DNA from: the human T2T-CHM13v2.0 reference genome, Homo sapiens
Direction: 5' to 3' (one strand)
DNA: 64,000 nt
Assembly: GCF_009914755.1 (NCBI RefSeq)
Contig: NC_060925.1
Shown one piece after another: positions 9,362 to 21,983 of the stretch (positions within the stretch are counted from its first letter, which is position 1; each line of letters opens with the position of its first letter). The notes below the pieces were generated by a model. That model was given only the letters and a program-made list of their open reading frames with translations. It was not told where the DNA came from and did not search any database. A program made the position numbers and the translations under genes.

Positions 9362-10516
9362 ATGACCAACTCCTCCTCCACATCCACCTCCTCCACCACC
9401 GGTGGCTCGCTGCTGCTGCTCTGCGAGGAAGAGGAGTCGTGGGCGGGCCGGCGCATCCCGGTGTCACTCCTGTATTCGGGCCTGGCCATCGGGGGCACGC
9501 TGGCCAACGGCATGGTCATCTATCTCGTGTCGTCCTTCCGAAAGCTGCAGACCACCAGCAACGCCTTCATCGTGAACGGCTGCGCCGCCGACCTCAGCGT
9601 CTGCGCCCTCTGGATGCCGCAGGAGGCGGTGCTCGGGCTCCTGCCCACCGGCTCTGCGGAGCCCCCCGCAGACTGGGACGGCGCTGGGGGCAGCTACCGC
9701 CTGCTACGGGGTGGGCTGCTGGGCCTCGGACTCACGGTGTCCCTCCTCTCCCACTGCCTCGTGGCCCTGAACCGCTACCTGCTCATCACCCGGGCGCCCG
9801 CCACCTACCAGGCGCTGTACCAGAGGCGCCACACGGCGGGCATGCTGGCGCTGTCCTGGGCGCTCGCCCTGGGCCTCGTGCTGCTGCTCCCGCCCTGGGC
9901 ACCGCGGCCCGGCGCCGCGCCACCGCGAATCCACTACCCGGCGCTGCTGGCCGCCGCGGCGCTGCTGGCGCAGACAGCTCTGCTGCTGCACTGCTACCTG
10001 GGCATCGTGCGCCGCGTGCGTGTCAGCGTCAAGCGGGTCAGCGTGCTCAACTTCCACCTGCTGCACCAGTTGCCCGGCTGCGCCGCCGCCGCCGCCGCCT
10101 TCCCGGGCGCCCAGCACGCGCCGGGCCCCGGTGGCGCCGCGCACCCGGCGCAGGCCCAGCCCCTGCCGCCCGCGCTGCACCCGCGGCGGGCACAGCGGCG
10201 TCTCAGCGGCCTGTCGGTGCTGCTGCTCTGCTGCGTCTTCCTGCTGGCCACGCAGCCACTGGTGTGGGTGAGCCTGGCCAGCGGCTTCTCGCTGCCGGTG
10301 CCCTGGGGAGTGCAGGCGGCCAGCTGGCTCCTGTGCTGCGCCCTGTCCGCGCTCAATCCGCTGCTCTACACGTGGAGGAACGAGGAGTTCCGCCGCTCCG
10401 TGCGCTCAGTCCTGCCGGGCGTCGGCGACGCGGCGGCCGCTGCCGTTGCCGCCACAGCCGTGCCCGCAGTGTCCCAGGCGCAACTGGGCACCCGCGCCGC
10501 GGGCCAGCACTGGTAA
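9362..10516 (+). CDS. GPR88: G protein-coupled receptor 88 (orphan class A GPCR, striatum-enriched), 384 aa, single coding exon
   Basis: ATG at 9362 (the track's TTG at 9353 is 3 codons upstream) to TAA at 10516. The protein MTNSSSTSTSSTTGGSLLLLCEEEESWAGRRIP...GTRAAGQHW is recognised as GPR88. It has seven hydrophobic segments, TM1 Asn (LANG), TM2 AAD, NRY in place of DRY, and NPLLY. Confidence 0.98.
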   Translation: MTNSSSTSTSSTTGGSLLLLCEEEESWAGRRIPVSLLYSGLAIGGTLANGMVIYLVSSFRKLQTTSNAFIVNGCAADLSVCALWMPQEAVLGLLPTGSAEPPADWDGAGGSYRLLRGGLLGLGLTVSLLSHCLVALNRYLLITRAPATYQALYQRRHTAGMLALSWALALGLVLLLPPWAPRPGAAPPRIHYPALLAAAALLAQTALLLHCYLGIVRRVRVSVKRVSVLNFHLLHQLPGCAAAAAAFPGAQHAPGPGGAAHPAQAQPLPPALHPRRAQRRLSGLSVLLLCCVFLLATQPLVWVSLASGFSLPVPWGVQAASWLLCCALSALNPLLYTWRNEEFRRSVRSVLPGVGDAAAAAVAATAVPAVSQAQLGTRAAGQHW

Positions 10517-12420
10517 CCTAGCCGGGGCCCGAGGGAAGCGGAGATCCCCGGCTTCCGACGTCCTTGGGCACCGTCGCCTCCTTCCCTCCTAGGGCATCCC
10601 CTGCCTGAACGAAGACTTCCGCCGCGAAGCCCGATAGATCGGGGGAAAATGGGGCCTTCGACCCCAGCGGGCTACCTGAACCAAGGCGTCTCTCTAAGTG
10701 GGGCGCCCGAAGTCATTTTGGACGGCCACCTGATTTTTACCCTTTGTTTCTGTGTTTTAGAGGAATCCTAAAGTCAAAACACCAGAGACTTGAAGAACTT
10801 GCAAACTGGCGTTTTAAAATAACCGGTTAATTTATTTCCACACAGTTTGTTTTTGAAAAAGAGCTTTCATAATGTATAACCCTTTCCACTTTCATCGTCT
10901 TATATATGAAGCGCCTTGAGTGTGCATGAACCAAAGGAAATAACATTGAAGAAGGAAAACAATATGTAGAAAGTATTTTAGAAAGTAACCTGTCTTTGAT
11001 GATGCTTCTCTTACCATTTAGTTTTTGTATATTACCCTGGGGCAGTGAAGCCCTAGGTGTGCCCACCAGTATGAGTTGCCATTAAGACCTCAAGCCCTTT
11101 ATTCTTAAAAGGGTTTTTAATAAAGTCTTTCTCAAATGAGGTAGAATCTTAGCCAGTGAGAAAAAAAATTATTTTATGCTCCTTTTTTTTCGCACTCTTA
11201 AGACTGAAAATTGGCGTTGAGTGTTATAGTGAAAATTTTCCAGTTTGATAATTGATGGTCAGAGCCAGCACTGGAATTTTGAAAACAAATAAGGTGATTA
11301 TCTATTTTAGGTACCGTTTCACATTTTCTATAGCATGCACACTTGTTGCTACCCTCATTTTGTAACCAATTTATTTGCCTTATGAATGTGATTGCAGCTT
11401 TGAACATTCTGTACTGTAATGGTTGCTAAGAAGAATAAGTCCTTCTGTTTTCTCTTTAACATTTAAAATATCTCAATGCACATGATATAATTAAACACTA
11501 ATAATACCATGACTGCATAGCTAATATTAGCTGCTATTGCATGCTCCTAGATGCTAGAACTTATTGGGCATGTGGTATACTGAAGCAATACCCGTTAGAC
11601 AAGGATATTTTACTTCTTCCAGACACCAGAAGAAATGGCCTTCAATTATTTGAAAAGAGACACAGAGACACCTCTGGCTACCTAGAGTTCTTCCTGTCTT
11701 GACCCAATTTATGAGAAAGCTCCCAGTTGGGACTTTATCTCACAAGTGGAATCACAGTCAAGACGGATCAATAATATGGTTTGGCTCAGCAAAGCCAGCT
11801 GTGCTCTTTTAGGGTTTAAACAAGCCACACGTTAGAAAGCAACACTGTTTTTATGTAGTTCATATATATTACCACGACATTTAACATCAATATTGTATAT
11901 GTTGAAGGAGGTATAATAAACTCAGTCATATATAGTGAACAGTTCAAATGGGAAAGTGTTCTAAAACATATTATTTGAGATTTGTCATATTCATCTTTGG
12001 TTTACTAAATTTACTTAGAAATATTTGAAATGCAAAATTGTGTGAAATCACCTTATCAAATTAAAATGGGAAGAAAGTAATTTTAATAATTTTTAATAAT
12101 CATATGTCAGCATTCTGACTACTTACCACATCAAATCTGGGCCCAAACAGCCTCAGTTAACTGCATAATTCAGGAACAAAACCAGCTTGCTTTGTTGCAC
12201 GCCTGGGCAATTTCAGCCAGGACATTAGGACCACTTGTTGTACATCTGAATAATTATGGAAGTTGGGACATGTTAAGGAAAACAAATATGTTCATCACCA
12301 ACAATCAGCTGTCATTTTATTAATCTATCCCTTTTGTGCATGCACCATTTCTCTCTTACTAACAGTTTCATCTGTTCACATTTTCCTTGATTCAAATATT
12401 AAAGTTCAGACAACTATTCT
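10517..12420 (+). other. GPR88: GPR88 3'UTR
   Basis: AT-rich sequence with no recognisable interspersed repeat, running from the stop codon to ATTAAA (12398) and a downstream U/GU-rich tract. Confidence 0.65.
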
Positions 12421-12450
12421 GAGTTTTTTTTCTTCTGTCTCTGGTTTCCT
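12398..12450 (+). terminator. Likely distal poly(A) site (ATTAAA plus downstream U/GU-rich element)
   Basis: ATTAAA at 12398-12403, followed about 20 nt later by gagttttttttcttctgtctctggttt. Confidence 0.6.
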
Positions 12451-15400
12451 TGCATACCTCCTTGAGAACGTTGTAACAGAGGATATGGTATTCCAAAGCA
12501 CTAGTGATGAAAGTAACTTCTTCTTGCTGGCTTTATCTAATTTTAGTTTGTACAGTTATTTCTACTTTATATAATTAAATAAGGCCCACATACCAGCATC
12601 AAAGAGAAATAGGTAAAATTTCCTTTCTGTAAGTGTTGGGGAATAAGTTACAACAACAGAGAGCTGAGAATTTTCCTTTTGGGGTGGGGCTGGAGGGGGG
12701 ATGCTTTTCTAAGTCTCTGTCAAAAAGGTCTTCTTTTAATTAGAACTTTATCTCTGTTTCTCACTGTAAATGGCTGTGAATGACTTCCCCCGCTATTCCT
12801 ATAAACATCTGCCACGCATATGAAGTCAGCTTTCCAAGTGGTATCTTGATATCTTGCAATGTTTCTGGCTAGCACTGAGAATCATCTTATACTGGCTCCA
12901 TGCCAATGGGAGACCTACTTTAGCTTAATTTACTGGTAATTAACTCCACAGGACTGATTCACTTTTAATTTCAAGGTAGTAATGATGTGTCTGAAAATGG
13001 CTTACCAGGGCACTAGCTGTGAGTGTTGGAGTTGTTGGATTTACAAATTAACAGAGATCATGTTTTTATTTAAATGAAACCACGTATTATCCACTCAGGA
13101 ATAAAAAAAATCCTAATTGCTGTTGTGGGCTTCCCTATTTTGCCTTTTCTACTTTTTTCTCCCTTTAGATATATGCCTGTTAAGACATATAGCACCTGCC
13201 TCTCTTCCCCTTGCATTTTAAATAGCTAAATTCTAGGATGTAATAGAATTACATATTACCCCTAGCACTTCCCTTCTTCCAAATTGTAGTATGTGAATAA
13301 ACAAGAATTGTTTTTCACAAAAGCATCCACAGGTGATCTTTGTTTTAAACAAGACAGGGAGGGTTCCAAGATCAGACAAGTTTTCCTGTGTCTCAGAATT
13401 AGGGAGAAAATTTCTACAATGGGGGTATTGTTTTTTTTTCAGGAGGACCCAGTTGGAGGATAGAGTGGGGCTGAGGAAGGGGGAAGGGGCTTATTTTAAT
13501 CCTCACATAGAGAAAGTCCTTGAAAAGACCTGCTTACCAATGGAATGTCAGCTTGCTTTAAACTAATGGGCAGTGCAAGCTTGTTTTTCTGATAATAACC
13601 ACATTGGTCAACTTCACTGTCTCATGTGTGACCTTTCTTCTGTCTCCCAGCATTCAGACAATGCTCATCTGGCTCTTTAGTAGTCCTAGGAGCTGACTTG
13701 ACAAAAGACATCAGTAGCATAAGTTAAATTCAAGAACACTGAGAAAAATTGTAGATATCCCTTACTTTTGAGGCCTGTCCTTAAAGTTTGTGGGTTGCTG
13801 GGCAAGAGTGGAGCTCCAGATGGAGCTCTCAGTCTTCAGGAACAAGGTGGGAGGACCCTTTCTTCCCCCCTCCATTTTAACATCTCAAGGGTCCTCATAC
13901 ATAGGTGTATGACTCAGCCCACAATTCCCAGTTCTGCCTACAACCATTCCCTCACTAGCCACCTTGCCACTACTGGGACCTAATGGTGGAACACAAGCAG
14001 GGGCCAGAGCATCCCCTGGGAGTGGCCTCGAGCCATTTGGGCATGGAATTCCTGGGTTCCAAGTACCAGCTCCTGTTGCGGGAGGCACAGGCTCTGAGTG
14101 GGCACATTTCATTGGGACTTCTTTCCCTTTGGGAAGGGTAGCCAGAAAAGGGCAGAAGCAGAGCTTTTAAGGCCTGAGACCCAGGCTGGGTTCCCACATT
14201 CTCTAAGGGCAATACTGCTTCCAATACAGCTTGCACATACGCCCTCTAGAGGCATCCTTTCCTAGCCCCTCCCATCTTCAGGGACTTTTTAAACAGGTGC
14301 CACACACAGAGTGCCCAGATACTTAATCATATCCTGCCTGGTGCAATAGGTGAGGAGGATGGTGAGGAGGGAGTAGGATGGATTTATATAAAACAAGAGG
14401 TTGGATATTGATGATTGTGGAAGGGGAGTGATGGGTACATGGGGAGGCATTCATTGCACAGTTTTCTCTACTTTTGTGCTGTATCTTTGAAATTTTTCAT
14501 AATGACAAGTTAAAAAAAGTGAAACTAAACTAAAAAAATAAAGAAAAAAGGAGAAAAGTAAAGAAAGAAAAGTAACATTCCTACGGTCACAGAATGATTA
14601 AATGGATGGGCTGGGATTCAAGTCTTTGACTGCAGAGCATGAGGTTGTAAATACTGGGCTGTAGGATAAAATAAGAATTTTAAAGTCAAGAGTAAAATTC
14701 TCTCCATGATGTGGCCATTCCCTAACTTCCCAAACCTATCTCTCCCATACTTGCATCCTTGGCTGTTGCCTGGTTGATGTATACACTACCTTTGAAACAT
14801 GGCCCATGTTCTGTGTCTGAGACTTGGTGTATCCAAAGACATTTCTGGGATGTTCTAACTTTTCATCACTTATCTAGCCTCCATCCTGCCTTCCAAGAAG
14901 ACTCATTTAGTTTCTATCTCCTCCTTAGAGCTCCCACCACAGCCATAAGCTCTGTCTCCAAAGAACCGCCTGTACCACTTTGTTCTGACCACATATCCCC
15001 TTTTCCTATTGTCTCTTTCTCAATGTGCATGTCTTGTCTTCAAAAACAGATAGGAAAAGGTTTTTGGTTTTGTTTTTATTTTTCAATTCCTTTGACTTTT
15101 AAGGGCAAATACTGTCTTCTATCTTTTTGTAACCAGTTCTCTGAAATATACCGTATATTTAATACATGTTTATAGTTGAAGACAGTAATTTTAAAAGAAA
15201 AAAGGTTTGGTCCTTTCCCTTGAATGTTTATTGTTCTCTTAATGAACTAGACCCAAGAATAAATCCTAGGTCCCACCTTATATCTTACCAAAAGATATTC
15301 CAGAGTAATACCTTGTGGGATTATCAGCATTGTAAGTCACATGCTGTTGGTGCTGTCAGCGAGGGTGATTTATACACCTGTCATATCCAAGCGCTGTTCG

Positions 15401-15878
15401 CACTGACTAATGCAACAATAGAAAGTCTTGGTCCTAATGACTACTTTAAATTCAAAGCCAAATTACTTAAGATGTGCAATTATTTCTCAGGGCCTTGCAT
15501 AGAAAAACTGTGTATTTTTTTGTTTGTAAAAGCCTTAAACATTGCTATTCAATAGCCATGCAATTTTGCCGGAATGCTAGGAGAAATAACTATGGGAATG
15601 TCTTTACGATTCCTTGTCACTTCAAAGCCTAACAGGCCTGAAAAAAGTACTAGACATCATCTAGGATGGCTTCTTGCTATTTTTATTAGATAGAAAGTGC
15701 TTTAATTTTTAATCTTTCCTGGTATAAATTAGGCTCCTTTACCATTTTTCTATTTTCAGGGAGTAGAAAACTATGTAGCATCCTTCATATAGTAATGCTG
15801 TAACAGATACTCTGCTTTTAGCCAAATGAAAGTTCTATGAAATATTAGCATGGTTGAATCTGCAATTACTACAAAAAT

Positions 15879-16006
15879 TTTTATTTTTAAAGTGACATTA
15901 GTTTTTCTACCTGAAGATTAATGTCTGTTTTCCTAGAAAAGTTTTATTTTTAAAGTGACATTATTTTTTCTACCTGAATATTAATGTCTGTTTTCCTAGA
16001 AAAGTT
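15879..16006. repeat. 63-bp tandem duplication (2 copies)
   Basis: ttttatttttaaagtgacatta...ttttcctagaaaag occurs twice with period 63 and 2 mismatches. Confidence 0.9.
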
Positions 16007-16616
16007 GTAAGGTACAGAAACATTAAAAGATATCGTCCAAAGTTCCACTTCCCAAAGATAATCACCTTTGACATTTTGCTGTATTCATCTACTCTTTCTA
16101 CTCTTTCCTATGTAAACTTAATTGTACATAATTATAATCAGAAAGTATATACTGACATATGTATTTTTATGTGTGTATGCATACTCACCTATGTAAAAAC
16201 AGTGTAAGCTAATGAAAGATGTTACAAAGTGGGGCCTAGGGACAGATGGTATTTGCCATTAGTGCTTATAAAAATTAGAATATGTTCAACTATAAGTAAC
16301 AAACTACCTAACTGAAAATGCTTTAAACACCGATGACATTTAAGCATAATGCAAGAGAAGTCTGGAGGTAGATGCTTTCAGAATTTGATTAGTAGCATAA
16401 TGACTAGCAACAAGTAGCCTAACAGTAGCAACAAGTAGCCTACTAGTAACAAGTAGCTGTCACTAGTCCAAGTGGAGAGGGGAGGAGGGAAAGACCACAT
16501 CTCTTGCCTTTAAAACCTTGTTAAATTAGCTCCACCCTGTTGAAAGACTTGTACTAGTAGCTACTGCCTATTTACCAGGTAACTCACTTTACCTCCAAGG
16601 GGTAAACATGGGGCAA

Positions 16617-16942
<326 letters not shown>

Positions 16943-17646
16943 ACCATGGGGCAAGAAGCCAGGGGTGCGAAGCAAAAATTCCTCTTCGTGGAGACCAGAG
17001 AAGTGAGGAAATGTCATTTTCCTCTCAAAGGACAGACCCTGTGATTTTGAACCAGGATGCAGTCAGGAGTGGCAGGCTGACTTATGGGGAAGGGACTCAA
17101 ATGAGCCATGGACCTGCTTTTCTATCCAGTTTTATCAGAGGAAATTCCTCTCAGTTTTTGGCCATAGGTAAACTGCCAGTTGTATCAGGGAGCTTTACCC
17201 AGGTATCATTTAAAATAGACAAGTGTAGTCTCCAGATCTGGGAAAGAATAATTTTGGTCATATTTAAAGTGTAATTGAAGAAGGAGATAATTAGTTTGGA
17301 GAAGAGAAGACTAAATGGGAAAATGAAGTTATTTTCAAATACCTGAAAGACTGGCAAGTGGAATAATAATGCTGGCTTCCATTTATTGATAACATACTAT
17401 GTGTCAGACACTGGGCTGTGCACTTTATGTACATTACCTCATCAAATTGTACAACAACCCTATAAGAGAGATATTATGATTTCAGTTTTATAGTCAAAAA
17501 TCCTGTTTTTTTGAAGCTAGACTTGCCCAATGTCACTGGCAAGGGAAAGAGATGATAGTCGAGCTCAAGTCCAGCTGACTCAAAAGCCCAGGCTTGTGAA
17601 CACATCAGACTACAGAAGAGGGGGGAAAGGTGTGGTATGAGGTTCA

Positions 17647-17966
<320 letters not shown>

Positions 17967-19104
17967 AAAGCAATTTTTTAACTCAGTGGGCAGGAGACAG
18001 ATTTCAGCTTAATTTGAGAAATAACTTTATAGATGCTGAAAATACTACGGGCTGTCTCAGGAGATTGTGACTTCCTTAATGTTTAAGAAATTTAAGTAGG
18101 ATGTGGAGGATTAACTCTGGAAAGGATGTCTATATTATGTGGAAGTTTCACCAGATTAATTCTGAGATGTCTTTCAAGTCTAATTTCTATGATTGTAAAA
18201 TATTTCTTCTGCTTGGAGGTGACAAAATCTTTCTTGCCCAGGGGCTATAACACTTCAAATGATTAGCCAGAATTACTCTTGGCAAAAACCTTACCGATAC
18301 CAAGCAATAGGAAAGCAAGCCTAGGTGACTAGGGATGTCCCTCCTTGGGCATAGGAATATAAATATACCATATTCTTAGTGCTGTTTCCCCCTTTCTACT
18401 TATCCCTGTTAATATCCCTTTTGTTCCTACCTCATCCTCAAACCTTTAATGGAATATAGGCTGAAAGAAGTCCATTTTGCTTAGATTTTCTCAGGCTAAA
18501 TATTGAGGACTGCTGTGCTACCTGATTAACTTAAAACTTTTTATAAGTACAACACTTTTGATGACATTGAGGGAGTTGAACAGATTTCAGAGAACGCTGC
18601 TTAGATGAGAAATAAGCTCTGGCTGGCTTCCATGTGAATGTTACCCTTTATGAAAATTGTTCCTGGCTAAGTTTTTCTGGTGCGATAAAGTCCCAAGCAG
18701 ATCTAAGCCAAAGCCTACTTATTTGTACGTTCAGAAATGGTAGAGCACTGTGACAATCTGGCTCTTCCCAGTGTTTTGACACATGAGAGCTAGATTGATA
18801 TACTACAAGTTACCAATATAAAAGCTTAGCGCAGAGATATTTTGGATTTGTTGAAGACCTATAATTGAGTCTAGTGTATATAAACCTAAAATCTTTAGTC
18901 TCTGCATTTTCCAATTTACTTGAACAAAAATTTTGAAACCCATCAATTTATAAGAACAAAAATATCCTGGCATTAGGATATGGAAATGATGCCACTGACC
19001 TTCTTTTACTAGAAGTGAGTACAGCCTTCTTTATTATCTTTATCATTGTTATTGTCATTGTCATTATTGTCATTATCATCATCGTCATCATCAAAAATGT
19101 TCAC

Positions 19105-19565
19105 AAACAGCTCACTGTTATATATAAGTTGGCTTTTGCTGCTTAACAAAGTATCCCAAAACATTGACTTAAAATAACAAAATTGATTAGCTCATGGTTG
19201 TATGGGTTAGCAATTTGAATGGGGTCATATGGGTGATTCTTCCACTGGTCTCATCTGAACCCATTCGTGATTTTGCACTCAGCTGGTGGTCCATGGTCCA
19301 CATACCTGCCTGGCATTTCACTGGCTGTTGACTGGACTAGCACTTGAATGACTGTGCTAGATCAGGCTTACTTACGTGATGGTGGTCTCATAGTCAAGTT
19401 TCTCCTTCTGCTGCATTTGCTAATGTGACTTGGCAAAAGCAAGTCACAGGGCCAACCCAGATTTGAGGGATAGAAAAATATACTCCACCTTTTGGTAAGA
19501 ATATCTTCAAAGTCACATTGCAAGGGCGGATTCAGGGAGGGAAAGGATTTTTGGCCATTTTTACG
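19105..19565 (-). mobile_element. Old MLT1-type LTR
   Basis: ggcaaaagcaagtcacagggccaacccagatt...aaatatactccacct...aaagtcacattgcaaggg. Confidence 0.65.
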
Positions 19566-19764
19566 TCCTTGTCCTTACGGGTCTTACAATATCATTATGG
19601 AGATAGAACAGAGGTATGAACAGATAACTAGCTGCCCTAAGTATTTGTGCCTATAAGGTAGAAAGTAGGAAGAGATCAGTGAAGTCTGAATTGCTTCACA
19701 GAGAATGTGGGATTTAATATAGAAGAGGGAAGAGCATTGTAAACACAGAGAAAGGAGCAGAGAT

Positions 19765-20025
19765 ACTATATCAATTTTCTATTGCTGGCATAACAAATTG
19801 CCAGGAACTTCATGGCTTAAAATAACACCAATTTATTATTTTACAGTTCAGTAGATCAGAAAGCTAAAATAAAAATTTTGGAAGGCTAGGTTCCTTTCTG
19901 GAGGCTAAAGTGGTGAATCCATTGCTTCTTCATTTGAGTTGAGAATTTATCCCCTTGCAACTGTAGGACTCAGGTCTATGGTTTTTTTTTGCTGACTATA
20001 AACTGAGAACCATTCCCAGCTCTAG
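19765..20025 (-). mobile_element. MLT1(D/E-like) LTR, left piece; apparently continued at 28390-28575 after a large L1
   Basis: ctattgctggcataacaaattgcca...ggcttaaaataacac...ttcctttctggaggct. The right piece ends ttctgcctaccaca. Confidence 0.65.
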
Positions 20026-20258
20026 CGGTGCTTTAATTACTGTGCTTTTGAGATCTTACTAAAAAAAATCTTTGCTCAGACCAATGTCCTAGAGTGTTTT
20101 ACCAATGTTTTCTTCTAGTAGTTTCATAGTTTGAGGTCTTAGATTTCATCATTTAATCCATTTTGATGTGATTGTTACATGTAGCAAGAGATGGGGTCTA
20201 GTTTTATCCTTCTGCATATGGATATCCAGTTTCCCCAGCACCATATAAGACTGCCCTT

Positions 20259-20551
<293 letters not shown>

Positions 20552-20959
20552 AGACTTCCCTTTTCCCAATGTATGTTTTTGATGCCTTTGTCAAAAATGA
20601 GTTGGCTGTAACTGCATAAATTTATTTCTGGGTTCTCTATTCCGATCCATTGGTGTATGTGTCTGTTTTCATGCCAGTACCAAACTGTTTTGGTTACTAT
20701 AGCTTTGCAGTATAATTTGAAGTCAGGTAATGTGATCAGTTTTGTTTTTTGGTTAGGACTGCTTTGGCTGTTCTAGGTCTTTTGTGGTTCCATAAAAATT
20801 TTAGGATAATTTTTTCTACTTCTGTGAAGAATGTCATTGGCATTTGATAGGGATTGCATTAAGTCTGTAGATTGCTTTGGGTAGTATGAACATGTTAACA
20901 ATACTGATTCAGCCAATCCATGAACATGAGATATCTTTCCACTGATGTGTCCTCTTCAG

Positions 20960-21433
<474 letters not shown>

Positions 21434-21493
21434 TCTTCAATTTCTTTAATCAATATCTTATAGTTTTTCTTATACAGATCTTTCACTCTTTAA

Positions 21494-21983
<490 letters not shown>

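Larger units (their letters stand above)
9300..10730. promoter_or_regulatory. CpG island over the GPR88 coding exon
   Basis: Very high GC and dense CpG, in contrast to CpG-depleted flanks. Confidence 0.9.

Noticed and set aside
9704-10356. Antisense ORFs of 158 and 120 aa over GPR88
   Set aside because: Expected shadows of a GC-rich CDS, with low complexity and no recognisable domain.
14759-15555. Adjacent 138- and 129-aa ORFs
   Set aside because: AT-rich with no recognisable homology or gene structure, so consistent with chance.
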